Virus record (IMG/VR): IMGVR_UViG_3300045391_003766
Location: 5,395-69,394 of that record
Direction: 5' to 3' (one strand)
Length of the DNA stretch: 64,000 nt
Origin: a virus
In this document: in pieces, positions 50,953-61,113 of the stretch
Layout: every line of letters begins with the position of its first letter
Position numbering within the stretch: position 1 is the first letter of the stretch
Made by a program: the position numbers and the translations under genes
Notes under the pieces: model-generated
Database searches by the model: none
Seen by the model: only the letters and a program-made list of their open reading frames with translations
What the model was told of the DNA's origin: nothing

Positions 50953-51518
50953 ACCAAAGATTTTGGAGTGGCGTCGTTCTCAAGTGTGACCTTGAAAAGA
51001 GTCTGAGCGGCGGTGTGGTAGATCACGATGCCTTCCGGTTTCATAAATCCGGGCGCGGCCATGCTCCCAGACACACGCAAATTGTGTGCGGCATCCTCAA
51101 TTGAGCCTGTCGAGAAAGCGCCAGTGTAAAGCACCGGCACGACGCGACAGCACGCCGGGGGAACCTCAACAGTTGTCCAGCGGTGTGTGTTGAACAGAGA
51201 AAAATGTTTCTTCGTTTGGTCGTAGCGGCGTTGAATGCCCGCGCCCCACCATTCACCAAAATGTCGTCCGGGACCGAGTTTCAGCAACTCGTCGTGGTTT
51301 TCCGCAACCCAACGAGCAAAGCCGTAGTTGTCGTTCTCTGGCGTGATGAATCGAGAGCGTGAACCCGCGACTGCGTGCTTTCCGTCTTCGGTGATATACA
51401 CCTGTGCGTTGGTTCCGTCGATTTTTTCGGTGATAACGATTTCACGATTGAGTCGGGCCATTTTGGGGAAGCCCTCGAAGCAAATCACGTTATCAAAATC
51501 AGGAAGTGAGTCATTCAT
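50949..51518 (-). CDS. RNA ligase, Rnl2-like adenylyltransferase domain
   Basis: Motif I TEKIDGTN, motif III FGEWWG, FSLFN, motif IV PEGIV, motif V FKV. Confidence 0.85.
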   Translation of the reverse strand: MNDSLPDFDNVICFEGFPKMARLNREIVITEKIDGTNAQVYITEDGKHAVAGSRSRFITPENDNYGFARWVAENHDELLKLGPGRHFGEWWGAGIQRRYDQTKKHFSLFNTHRWTTVEVPPACCRVVPVLYTGAFSTGSIEDAAHNLRVSGSMAAPGFMKPEGIVIYHTAAQTLFKVTLENDATPKSLV

Positions 51519-51527
51519 TACGCATAC

Positions 51528-51555
51528 ACGGTATCACACTTTAGTTGGTGAACAA
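51528..51555 (-). promoter_or_regulatory. Sigma70-type promoter TTGTTC-16 nt-TACCGT
   Basis: TGTG extension; 9 nt before the RNA ligase ATG. Confidence 0.4.
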
Positions 51556-51583
51556 ACCGAATTCTGAAAATCGATGAGAATCC

Positions 51584-51778
51584 TTAGTAGGACTTCATCA
51601 CCTTCTTACGAAGAGCGTCTCGCGCGGGCGCACCTGTCGGTTTCCACCCGTGCTCAACTCCCCGGAGCAGGTTCATCTGACGCTTCGCCTTGGCGGGCGT
51701 GGTCGCTTTGGCTTTGATACCGTGGGGTGAACGAACTTGAACTTTTCCCTTGCCGACTGATTTTGAAGTATAAGGCAT
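51584..51778 (-). CDS. Small basic protein, probably late
   Basis: 64 aa, Lys/Arg-rich, preceded by the late motif. Confidence 0.65.
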   Translation of the reverse strand: MPYTSKSVGKGKVQVRSPHGIKAKATTPAKAKRQMNLLRGVEHGWKPTGAPARDALRKKVMKSY

Positions 51779-51784
51779 AAGCGA

Positions 51785-51794
51785 GAAAACAGTG
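51785..51794 (-). promoter_or_regulatory. Late motif variant CACTGTTTTC
   Basis: On the - strand, 6 nt before ATG 51778. Confidence 0.6.
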
Positions 51795-51827
51795 TTCTAC
51801 ACGGCGGCGGGTGTCAAGGTAACGTAG

Positions 51828-53252
51828 TTAAGCCGTAAGATCACCGTCGTTCAGGGCGTCGAGGTTGTTCAGCTTCGCTGTCAAGGCACGTTGTATCTTC
51901 GCCTCTACGGTCTTCGCCGCGAAAAGCACACGATAGTGTGCCTTAGACTTTCCGCCATCGCGATGAAGCCGACCGAAGACCTGCCGCATACTCACGGCGC
52001 TGAAGTTCGGAAATACAATACCCATGCGCGGATAGTTGCCGTCCAAGTCCTGAAGCGAAACACAAATTCCCCCGGCCTCGTTGTTCACGATTAGCTTGCG
52101 CGTCGCGTTGACCTGAAACCTGTCGATAGTCTGCTGACGCATCCGCACGCTTTCCGGCGAGCCGTCGATGTAATCCGGGCAATTCAACTTCTGCCGGAGC
52201 GCGTCGAGGGTCTGTTTGAAATTGACGAAGAGCACGACCGAAAATCCCTTGGCGAGATAATCCTCCGCCAGTTCGACGGCTACTGGAACTTTGAGCAGTT
52301 CGATCTTTTGCCGAGCGCGAAGAATCTGGGTGAGGGGCGAGTCACTATCGTTTTCGCTGCGCCGGGCCAACTCGTTCAGTGGCTCCGCCATTTCGGAATA
52401 CAAACGATCAATTTGTCCGGCTCCTTCCAAGTCGTAACACTCCGGCACGATGTCTCGTTCCGGGAAGCCGGGAATATCATCAGTCGAGACGCGCACGCCT
52501 CGGACCATAAGACAGTCGCGGATTTTTTTCATTTGTTCCCTCTGCGCATCCGCGCCGAGCATCCATCGAAAATGTCCTGCCTCGTCCTTGCGACAGCCCT
52601 GCCGACGCGCCCACGAGTAGAAGTCCGCCCCATTGTGAAGCCCCATCACTGCGCCCAGCGCGTTCAGCTTCATGGGTGTGGTCGCTGCGGTCGCGGAGAG
52701 GCCGAGGAACTTCAAGCCCTGCCGCCTGACCGCGTGCAGCATGTCCGCGTTGAGCGAGTCCACTTCACCGCAGCGATGAACCTCGTCGAAAATGGTGAAG
52801 CGAACGGCGGGGTTGAAATTGAACTTGCCATACTTCCACGCCTTCTTTTTCGTGATGATGCAATGGAAGCCCGCGCGGTGGCAGTAGCAGGGCCGGTAAT
52901 TGTCGAAATCTACGACACACTGGCAACATTGGCAGACGAAAAATTCCTCGCGCACGAAACCGGGCGGAGGATTGTTATCCCAGTGGCCGAATGGGGATCG
53001 ACCTGTGCGAAGTGCCTCGTAATTTATGACACTGAGCGTGTCATCGAAATGCTCCGCCGCACGCTGCCAAGCTGTAAGAGCAATCTTCGGAGCAACAACA
53101 AGCGTGGGCAGAACAAGCCTTTTTGCGACGGCGCACGCAACATACGTTTTTCCAGTTCCAGTATCCGACAGATCAATAGCCGAGTTGACGGTTTGGAGTA
53201 TGCCGGTAAGACGGTTCGCCGGTTCGATCTGGTGTTCACGAAGCAGCCCCAT
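51828..53252 (-). CDS. SF2 (SNF2/DEAD-like) helicase
   Basis: DTGTGKT, FDEVHR, GLSAT, QVFGRLHRDG. Confidence 0.9.
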   Translation of the reverse strand: MGLLREHQIEPANRLTGILQTVNSAIDLSDTGTGKTYVACAVAKRLVLPTLVVAPKIALTAWQRAAEHFDDTLSVINYEALRTGRSPFGHWDNNPPPGFVREEFFVCQCCQCVVDFDNYRPCYCHRAGFHCIITKKKAWKYGKFNFNPAVRFTIFDEVHRCGEVDSLNADMLHAVRRQGLKFLGLSATAATTPMKLNALGAVMGLHNGADFYSWARRQGCRKDEAGHFRWMLGADAQREQMKKIRDCLMVRGVRVSTDDIPGFPERDIVPECYDLEGAGQIDRLYSEMAEPLNELARRSENDSDSPLTQILRARQKIELLKVPVAVELAEDYLAKGFSVVLFVNFKQTLDALRQKLNCPDYIDGSPESVRMRQQTIDRFQVNATRKLIVNNEAGGICVSLQDLDGNYPRMGIVFPNFSAVSMRQVFGRLHRDGGKSKAHYRVLFAAKTVEAKIQRALTAKLNNLDALNDGDLTA

Positions 53253-53814
53253 GATTACGGGATGATGCAGTTTCTCGGTTCAGCGCGTGACGAATACACT
53301 TTTTCCGCAACCAGTCATACCACAACCAATCAGGAAACAACAACGAGAATTTCTCTGCCGCGTTCATGCGGTATTCTTTCAACTCCCCGGATAACCGAGC
53401 GCGCAGAAGATAGAACCACGCCGGATCGAAGCGCATGGAATACTTATCCGCCCAACAGAGTTTCGACGGTTGGCGACCTTGAGCAGCCGAGAGGTAGCGA
53501 CTGTGAAAAAGGCAAAGTTCGTATAGGTAGTGCTCTCGCGCATTCGCATGAAGAAAAGAACAGTGCCAAGAAAATTTGTGCCATCGCTTATACAGGCGCG
53601 CAATCAAAATCGCGCCAACGTGCGGATGCTGCTCACCCTTAGCGTCGTCCATCTTCTCACAGCCCCAGTAGCCCCAATCATGCACGACGATGGCGACGGT
53701 CTCCCAGAACGACGGCAGCTTCTTATAGAGCGCGATCCACGCGAGCCAGATGGTGAACGGGTGCCACGCGAATTGATGGACGCCGAAGAGAAGAGATTTT
53801 GTGCCGGTCTTCAT
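53236..53814 (-). CDS. HD-domain-like phosphohydrolase (putative)
   Basis: GVHQF...VVHDWGY...HPHVGA...FHSRY...WADKY. Confidence 0.6.
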   Translation of the reverse strand: MKTGTKSLLFGVHQFAWHPFTIWLAWIALYKKLPSFWETVAIVVHDWGYWGCEKMDDAKGEQHPHVGAILIARLYKRWHKFSWHCSFLHANAREHYLYELCLFHSRYLSAAQGRQPSKLCWADKYSMRFDPAWFYLLRARLSGELKEYRMNAAEKFSLLFPDWLWYDWLRKKCIRHALNRETASSRNHGAAS

Positions 53815-53824
53815 TCGAGTGTGT

Positions 53825-53944
53825 TCATTCGTCTTTGTAAAGATTAAATCCGGCATCGTCCATTGCTTTATCTGCACTCTCCATTAAGCGGCGAAGCGGT
53901 GGAAAGACAACCGCAAGCGCCAAGATAATCAGAAGAAGCGTCAT
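53825..53944 (-). CDS. Small membrane peptide
   Basis: MTLLLIILALAVVFPP...; internal ATG at 53944. Confidence 0.35.
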   Translation of the reverse strand: MTLLLIILALAVVFPPLRRLMESADKAMDDAGFNLYKDE

Positions 53945-54102
53945 CGCACTTCGGGAATGGTGGTCGTTTCCTCGTCCCGGCCATCGTCCTTGCTCTTGCG
54001 CGTTCCGGGTTTCAAGGCTTTGTCGCCCGGCCAAAATGGATTCTGGCCGCTGCTGTCGTCGTCTTCCTTGATGGGTTTTCGTTCTGGTGTGTCGTTGTTC
54101 AT
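53941..54102 (-). CDS. Small charged hypothetical protein (not in the ORF track)
   Basis: 53-aa ORF MNNDTPERKPIKEDDD... filling the gap, with a stop/start overlap. Confidence 0.4.
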   Translation of the reverse strand: MNNDTPERKPIKEDDDSSGQNPFWPGDKALKPGTRKSKDDGRDEETTTIPEVR

Positions 54103-54104
54103 AA

Positions 54105-55127
54105 TTAGTCCTCCACAATCATTCCGGTTGTGTTCAAGTCCGGCTGTGCCATTGGCGCAGTCTCTGCGGGCGTGCCGACCAGCGCCAAGAATTCGTTCAC
54201 GGTATAGAGCCGGGGCGAAGGCGGCGGCACGGCGGGGTCGTTCCAGATGACGGCCAGCTTTTTGCCGGTGCGTTGCTTGGAAATTTTTTGCGTCACGTCG
54301 CGATCCAACGCGGCGGCGAGTTGCTCCGAAACATCAGTGACGACGGGCGAATTTGCTTGAAGCCCAGCTTGCTTTAGGCGCGCTTCCCAAGTCGCTTTCG
54401 AGCACATTACGTGATAGTGCCGGAAGCCTTGTTCCTTCAGTCGCGCGAATTCGTGCTCGAACCGGACATTTGTATTGCTCACGCGAGCGCCGGGTTGCGA
54501 GGCCAGATGCTCGTCGATTCGCTGGTTCACCGCGTCGAGCCAGATGTTGTTATTGAAACCGTAGGTTGACCAATCCACCCGGAGAGTGTCCGGGAATTTT
54601 TTACTGAGGGTGCGGACCATCTGAACGAAGACCGCACGCTCCGGGGTCAATGGGTATTGCTCATTGATCACATTGCGACCGACCTGCCCGGCGTATTGCA
54701 GGAACTTCCGCGCGCCGTGCTTGTCCTTGTCCTTAACGCCGAAAAAGAATTCCAGCAGGTAGTAAAGCGGCTCGGAGAATCCGAAGTTTTTTGCGCCGGT
54801 CAGTCCCGCAATATGGTCCTTCCCGGCTTTGAGTCGGCCAGTGTAAAAAATTTTCGACGCATCGATGACACGCGCTTCAACGACGGGCGGAGGCGGCGGA
54901 GCAATCGCGGGCGGAGGCGGCAATTCGGGTGAGATTGCGGCGGTCTCAACGGCGGTTGATTCTCCGGGCGGCACAACAGCGCCGGTAATGCGAGGATCGT
55001 TGAGCATTCCGACCAATCCTCTCAAAGCAGCGGCCTCTTGTCCCATGTTGGCGGGATCAAGGGGCCGCTTGAGGGGCGCGGGTGCGGTTAAACCTTTGGG
55101 TGAGTCAGTCATGGGTATAGATGCCAT
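54105..55127 (-). CDS. Deoxynucleoside monophosphate kinase-like protein with Pro-rich N-terminal extension
   Basis: P-loop TGRLKAGKD, FSEPLY, LQYAGQVGR, NVRFEHE. Confidence 0.75.
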   Translation of the reverse strand: MASIPMTDSPKGLTAPAPLKRPLDPANMGQEAAALRGLVGMLNDPRITGAVVPPGESTAVETAAISPELPPPPAIAPPPPPVVEARVIDASKIFYTGRLKAGKDHIAGLTGAKNFGFSEPLYYLLEFFFGVKDKDKHGARKFLQYAGQVGRNVINEQYPLTPERAVFVQMVRTLSKKFPDTLRVDWSTYGFNNNIWLDAVNQRIDEHLASQPGARVSNTNVRFEHEFARLKEQGFRHYHVMCSKATWEARLKQAGLQANSPVVTDVSEQLAAALDRDVTQKISKQRTGKKLAVIWNDPAVPPPSPRLYTVNEFLALVGTPAETAPMAQPDLNTTGMIVED

Positions 55128-55137
55128 ATATGAAAGT

Positions 55138-55148
55138 AGTGTAGCACA
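55138..55148 (-). promoter_or_regulatory. Extended -10 promoter TGTGC-TACACT
   Basis: Same pattern as at 2235 and 47829; 10 nt before ATG 55127. Confidence 0.5.
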
Positions 55149-55177
55149 TTCCCGCGTGATCACTACTCTTTTTTAAG

Positions 55178-55762
55178 TTATTGCCGGAATTCTCGCTCCC
55201 GCTCTCCGTTTCCGCGAGCATCGAGCGCGGAACTACAACGGCGCGCAATCTCAGCCTCGGCAGCATCGCGGGTCTGATCTAACCTGTCGGCAGTCACCGA
55301 GAGCAGAGCAAGGCCCATCTGACGGCGCGACTCGAAAATTTGTTGATTCACTTCGTTCATCCCTTCTGGTGCGGCCTTTGCTTGCAGCTTCTCATACTGC
55401 CGCTGGACAGTCACACGCCGGGCTGCACAGCGCACCGCAATGTTGCGAAGCTGGCGCAGGTTTTTCTCGCCGATCTTTTTTGCAAGCTTCGCTTCCGCGC
55501 GCTTCTCCGGTTCGATGTAATCTGTGCGCCGGGCATACTCGCCATCCGCGACGACTAATGGACGTTCAGACGAGAAAACCTTCGAGCGCGCCGCCATGCA
55601 CTGCTTGCGCATCCGGTTTGTGAGTTTCACTTTGGGAGTGGTGAGCATCGACGTGGCGACTTCAACGGGCATGTGGTCGCGCTCTTCGGGCTTCGCCGCT
55701 TCGGGTTCCGCATAGGAGGACGACGAGCGGTATTGTATGTTGGTGGCGTTCATATGTTTCAT
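55178..55762 (-). CDS. Basic coiled-coil hypothetical protein
   Basis: Arg/Ala/Glu-rich 194-aa ORF co-oriented with its neighbours. Confidence 0.5.
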   Translation of the reverse strand: MKHMNATNIQYRSSSSYAEPEAAKPEERDHMPVEVATSMLTTPKVKLTNRMRKQCMAARSKVFSSERPLVVADGEYARRTDYIEPEKRAEAKLAKKIGEKNLRQLRNIAVRCAARRVTVQRQYEKLQAKAAPEGMNEVNQQIFESRRQMGLALLSVTADRLDQTRDAAEAEIARRCSSALDARGNGEREREFRQ

Positions 55763-58700
55763 GCTTTTGCTTTTGGTTGATTATTGGTTGCGGCGAGTTG
55801 TGCGTCGAGCCGGAGGAATTCCCGGCTGTCATAAACCGGACGCCACCAGCCCCCATTATCGACGACTTTACGGAGTTTTTCTTTCACCGTCAGCGCATCG
55901 TGTTTCGCTTGCCGTGCTTTGGCTTCGGCCCGTCGCACTTCGCGGCGAGCCCCGCCGAAGGGAGCGTGAGCATAGCCCTCGGTTTTGACTGGACGTTTGG
56001 ATTTTGTGATTTCAGTGTTCATGTGTTTGTGGGAGTTGATTTTTCTACTGTGTAACCGTTATCGCACCATGCGTAGAGATAGGTTACAGTTTTGTGCCAA
56101 CCGTTTTTCGTTTGGCGTCGAACTTCAAGTCTTGGCAAGGAAATAATAGAGCCTGTGTAAAAATGATCTTCTACAGAATGAACCAGAAAACGCTGGCCGC
56201 GTTGCACAACCACGACGCCCGGCTTGAGACCGTGCGCCAGAAAATTTAATTTACTGCGAAGTTCGCGGGCTTTGTTCCGAAGCGCGGAAACAATTTCGTT
56301 GTGTCGCGCGTTCTCCGATGCGATCTGGTCTTCTAGTTGTCTTAGCTCTCGTTGTTCTTCTTGCATAGGTCTTGAGGTTTTAAAACTCGGTTTTGACTGG
56401 GCGTTTGTTATCGTTTCAAAGCGCTGATAAAATCGCGAGCCTGTTGTTTGTTGCCCGATCCGTTACTGTCGTATCCACCACAACAGAAGTGGAACTTCTC
56501 AGACTTCAAATACTTTAGGGTCGTCGGCTCCGGCTTAAACTGCCCTTCAAATCCGTAGCAGGAGCAGTGAGAAGCGTGAACTTCAAACAGCGCTTTGGTC
56601 TTCTTGTCGCGCAGAAGATACCACGCGCTCGAATCGCAGCCCCAAGAGCCGGTGGACTCGTAGGCGATGAGTATGTTGAATCGGTCGAGTTCTTCTTGCG
56701 TGGCTTGGTAATCATTCAACAGCACAGCGCGAACTTCTGCGTCCGTTTTCTTCGCAAGGTCTTCAAGGAATAGTTGTTTCAATTTCATATTACGTTTTTT
56801 GTGATTTTAAAACTCGGTTGCAAGCGTCCTGACAGGCGTAAGCAATGGCGCTGAAGGTGTCCCGGTAGTCCAGCAACGTTTTCTTCAGGATTTCGACTCG
56901 TCCCGCAAGTTGCGCCAGTTCGTGCCGGTGTTCTTTGATTTCCTTAATTACTACATCCCGGTCCTTCATCGCGGCCAAACGCTCCGACTCGATTTGATAA
57001 AACTCTGGCAGCGTTTCAAAGTCGCTGCGGATGTCGGACTCGAACTGCACGCGGATATGCCGCAGCGTGCTCGCGAGGTAGGACTCGCGCGGCAACTGTT
57101 GAAGCATCTGATCAAGGTGTTGGATTTCTTGTTGTTTCGTCATAAGCCTAAAAAAGTTTTCACGGCGTCGATTTCCTCTGGCCGATACATGATCTTCGCG
57201 AATGCAGGTTTGCCGCAAAAAACTCCGGTCTCAATCAGAACCGTGTTTGCCGGAAGTTCCTGTTGCTGGGTCTGCACGGAAAAGTTGTCGCCCTGCTTAA
57301 ACTGAACAGGCGCGCCGGTCTTGTAGTTCAGCCCTTCAAAGTAGCTGCACGAGCCGCCCGACCATCCACCGCGCGGGGCGACGGTAGTTGCAGGCCAGAG
57401 AAAAAATTGTTTCTTTTTGGTGCCGGTGAGTTGTTTCACTTTCGGCGTTACGTTTTGCGTATTCATATAAGTTTGACACCTGCCATTTGAAGACGTTCAA
57501 TCTATCTCAGGCGATAGGGCGATCAGGTATGAAAACCTCGGCCTTGGGCGCGGTGTGCCACTCCCAACGCCAATCGAGCAGGAGGTAATCCGTCCCGGTT
57601 GGATCGATTCTGGCCCGGTGATGGTCGCTCAGAGAGCCGAGGCGATACCAAGTGCCTTTCCACACCACATCGAAGCGGTAATCGTGACACGCGCATTTCA
57701 CAGACGCACCCTCTCGGTCGCTTTGCATTTTTTGTCTTTGCAATCCGGGCGATTGTCCCAGTTGAAAAGTCGGCGCGCTTCTTCCTCGGCAAGCTGGGGC
57801 GACTCCGCCCACAGGATCATGGTATTATCCTTGCTCTCGCCCTCTATCCAGATGTCGTAGGGTCTCAGCATAAGCTATTCCTTGCACGCGCTAATGACTA
57901 CCCCGTAAACGCGCCTGCGAATCAGACTTTCCACGTCCCGAAGGGTAAGGAAGTCCCCAGCGAATTTGTCAACGCCAGCATCCGTATATACGGAAAGGGT
58001 ATTTGTCAGTCGTTCGATTCGATACTCCGAACCGCCAGCGGTGCGGGTTAAGAAAACAATTTTCTTCATAATTTACTGCCTTTCAAGAAGTCGCTGCTTT
58101 GGATTTGAAAACTGCCGGTGCCGGTCTCCATAAAAATTTCAGCCTCGAAAATGCCGCATTCGGTGTCAACACCATGCCGCCCTTTGATCGAGTCTAACAT
58201 CCGGCGCAGGTCTGACCTGCTCAGGACGACGTAGGCTCTCATCGGAGGACAAAGAGGAAGGCAGGCGTCCGTTTCGGCGTGAGGCCCGTTGTGGGTATAA
58301 TCTTTTTCGCGCATATCAGTAGTTGCTTTCGACTTCCTTCGTCGGTTGAGATTTGCCGTCCCATTTGGCGTAGTGCTCTTCTGTCACTTTGTCCAGCGTG
58401 GGATCGACGCAATAGTCACAAACCAATTCGCCCGGCGCGTTGCCGAGCACGAGATACAAGCAGCGCTGCTTGCCCCCGGTTTCGAGAGCAGGAACGGCGA
58501 CGTAGAGCCAAGCCTCGTCACAGGCAATCAGGTTTTCAATAAACTCGGCTTCGCTCAGGTCCGCGCGGTTGAATCTGTCCGCGCCATTGTTGCCACGGAT
58601 AATCGTGCAACCGTGTTTGGTAAGGGTATCGAGCAGGCTTTTGACTTCCGGCTCCCAATTGTTGATAGTTCGTTTCATATGGTGATTTGACAGTGTGGCG

Positions 58701-59699
58701 CGCGGTTCGTTCAAAACTTAATTCGGTATCCTTTTTTGAAAGTTTTCAAGGTTGCTTGTAAAGAGGCATCCCACCGAGACTTGAAAACAAGCGTGTTTCT
58801 TTCCTCGTGGTTCTTGTATAAGCACCAGCCGTGAGATTCGAGGTATCGAAGCGCCTCACTGAATCGAGCAAACCATTTAACTTTAGCCTTCATAAATTGA
58901 TAATCTCGCCAGTCTTCAAGTAGCAAATCGCCAGTTGGCCGTGCTGCCGTCCCAACAATTCGGCATGGCGGCGGTTTGGTTCGAGCCGGACCACATCAAG
59001 GTAGGTGATGCCGGAGAACGTTTCGGTCCACGTCCCAATGGCGTGCCACGTCGAATCAAGAAGCATCGTTTCGTTAGCCCGGATGAAGTTTTTGATGTCT
59101 GCGCCGGTCAGAGGTCCGGCCAGCCGCAATTCGCGCGACTTCCAGATTGATACCGCGAAGAGGTCTTGCCCGGCCAGATTCTCACCGTGGAGGTTGAACG
59201 TCGATCCGCCCTTTTCGAGATGGGCGGCTAGGATTTTGTCGGCTAGGGGTGCGAGTTTGTTCATGGTAGTTTGACAGGTTTGCCTTCGGCACGTTCAAAA
59301 CTATTGGTTTTTGTAGTTCTCAACGGCGTTTCCCATGAGGTCCGGCACGTAATAGTTCTGAAAGGGATCGAGTGGGTTTTCATACCCGGCGCAGTGGCCG
59401 ATAGAGTCGCAGATTTCCCAACACTTTTCGCGACGGTTGAAATACTCAGCCACAAGGCACCAATTGCCGAAACGACGAATCGAGTCGCGGATGGCCTTCT
59501 CGTCGGCGGCGTTGTCCGGTTTGCCGAAGGCATCGAAGTAGTTTTCTTCTTCCGGCTCGGCGCGCAGGCGGACCTTGGATTCGCCGAGGGCTTCAAATTC
59601 CACGATACGGCGCGCCATCGCGTAGGCATGGGCGGCGGGAGACTCTGCGGCGCGGAAGCGTAAGTATAACTTGGCCACTTTTTTCTTGTCGATCTTCAT
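55759..59699 (-). other. Array of about 11 small abutting early hypothetical genes
   Basis: ORFs 55759-56022, 56019-56366, 56408-56788, 56790-57218, 57140-57466, 57507-57812, 57875-58069, 58066-58314, 58316-58714, 58890-59264 and 59301-59699; no function recognised. Confidence 0.6.
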
Positions 59700-59734
59700 G
59701 GTGGTTAGACCGCCATCCGTGGCAGTTCGTTCAA

Positions 59735-59938
59735 TTAAAATCCGCAGGCGGTGAGGAACCGGGCGGTGTCGAAGCGCGGGTTGCCTTCGCCGAAGATTTG
59801 CGCCAGATTGCGCGCGGTGGCTTCGAGGGTGTCCATCTTGGCCACGGTCTGCTCTTGGGAGAGGTCCGTCCGGGCATTGATGCCTTCGGCTTGGGCTTTG
59901 ATCGTTTTTGCGATTGCGATATAATCTTTTTTACTCAT
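59735..59938 (-). CDS. Small early protein (MSKKDYIAIA...NPRFDTARFLTAC)
   Basis: Motif pattern common in phage early genes; starts 5 nt after a -10 box. Confidence 0.6.
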   Translation of the reverse strand: MSKKDYIAIAKTIKAQAEGINARTDLSQEQTVAKMDTLEATARNLAQIFGEGNPRFDTARFLTACGF

Positions 59939-59943
59939 GGTGT

Positions 59944-59971
59944 AAGATACCATGAGAACGTTTAAACGCAA
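59944..59971 (-). promoter_or_regulatory. Sigma70-type promoter TTGCGT-16 nt-TATCTT with CGTTTAAACG palindrome
   Basis: TG extension; -10 ends 5 nt before ATG 59938; palindrome at 59959-59968. Confidence 0.6.
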
Positions 59972-60277
59972 GCAAATAACTACTGAAGATTAGATCGGGG
60001 ATTTACTGATCGACGTTTGTGGCGACGGTTCCTCGGCTTCCTCGGCTCCCGCTCACGCGGGCCTAATCGTTGCTCGGTGGACTGGCACATAGGCACTGTG
60101 CAATCGTCCAGCATGAACTGCCAGTCGAGGTCCGCGTGGCCGGGAATATTCATTTCCTGATCCACCAGCCGAGCAATTGATACACAGAAAAGAACACGAG
60201 GCAGAAAAGCGCGGCCCAGAATAATTCATCGTGCGTTGGAGGCGCGCAGTCGTGAATCAAAATAACGATGTTATTCA

Positions 60278-60766
60278 TTAACACGAAATGTCCAAGTAGC
60301 CGGTCAGTTCGTCCCAGACTTCTTGTATGCGGTCCTCGCCTTTTGGCTCTGGCGGCTCGAATGAACAATCCGCCGATTCGAGATTCGAGATTGCGTCTTC
60401 GAGCGCGGAAATTCTGTCTTGAATAATCTGGCCGGAGTTTCCATCACGCAGACCTTCAGGCATATTGTCCAGCTTGCCCTCTTCCTCGTCCTTGATATTG
60501 TTGAGACCCTCCACCATCGCGTCACGCTCTGTCTCCACTTCACAAATAGAATCTGGCGGGCTCTGGTGTTCCTCTTGCAGCGAATAGACCTTTTGGTAAA
60601 AGTCCGACTGCGTAAGCTGGCTCGGCTTCGGCGCGGTCCTCGAAAAATGTTTTCCTCCACGCCGGAACTTCCACCAGTAATAGGAGTCGCCCTTTTTGAT
60701 GTTCAACGTTTCGCCTGCTTCGGGGTAATCGCGGCGGGCCTTCTTGACGAAGTGTGAGCGTGTCAT
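60278..60766 (-). CDS. Hypothetical phage protein
   Basis: IKKGDSYYWWKFRRGG...PKPSQLT N-terminus and an acidic coiled-coil C-terminus. Confidence 0.6.
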   Translation of the reverse strand: MTRSHFVKKARRDYPEAGETLNIKKGDSYYWWKFRRGGKHFSRTAPKPSQLTQSDFYQKVYSLQEEHQSPPDSICEVETERDAMVEGLNNIKDEEEGKLDNMPEGLRDGNSGQIIQDRISALEDAISNLESADCSFEPPEPKGEDRIQEVWDELTGYLDISC

Positions 60767-61113
60767 ATTTCAAATGCCTTTCGATTGTATTTCGGATCGT
60801 TCATGTATTTTCGGTGAATCGGGTCAGAGGCCAGCGCGTTTCCGTTCTTGAGTCGTAGTGGTTTGTTGCGTATCCGGTGCCGAAGTTCCTCTTGATCCAT
60901 TTCCTGCCAGAACAAGCGCACAGTTTCCTCGCCAGACTCGTGCGACTCCAAACGAATCATGCCGGTATATCCCACTTCAGGCATAACAGCGGTGCAGTCG
61001 ATGGTCAGGGTCCACTCAATCGACGAGTCGAGATAGTCGTCGAGCGGACTATAGCGCGGCAAGCCGAGTTGCGCGGCAGTGAGTGCGCCGAGATGTTGAA
61101 GAGAGAATTTCAT
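60763..61113 (-). CDS. Hypothetical protein
   Basis: Abutting ORF in the early array. Confidence 0.45.
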   Translation of the reverse strand: MKFSLQHLGALTAAQLGLPRYSPLDDYLDSSIEWTLTIDCTAVMPEVGYTGMIRLESHESGEETVRLFWQEMDQEELRHRIRNKPLRLKNGNALASDPIHRKYMNDPKYNRKAFEI

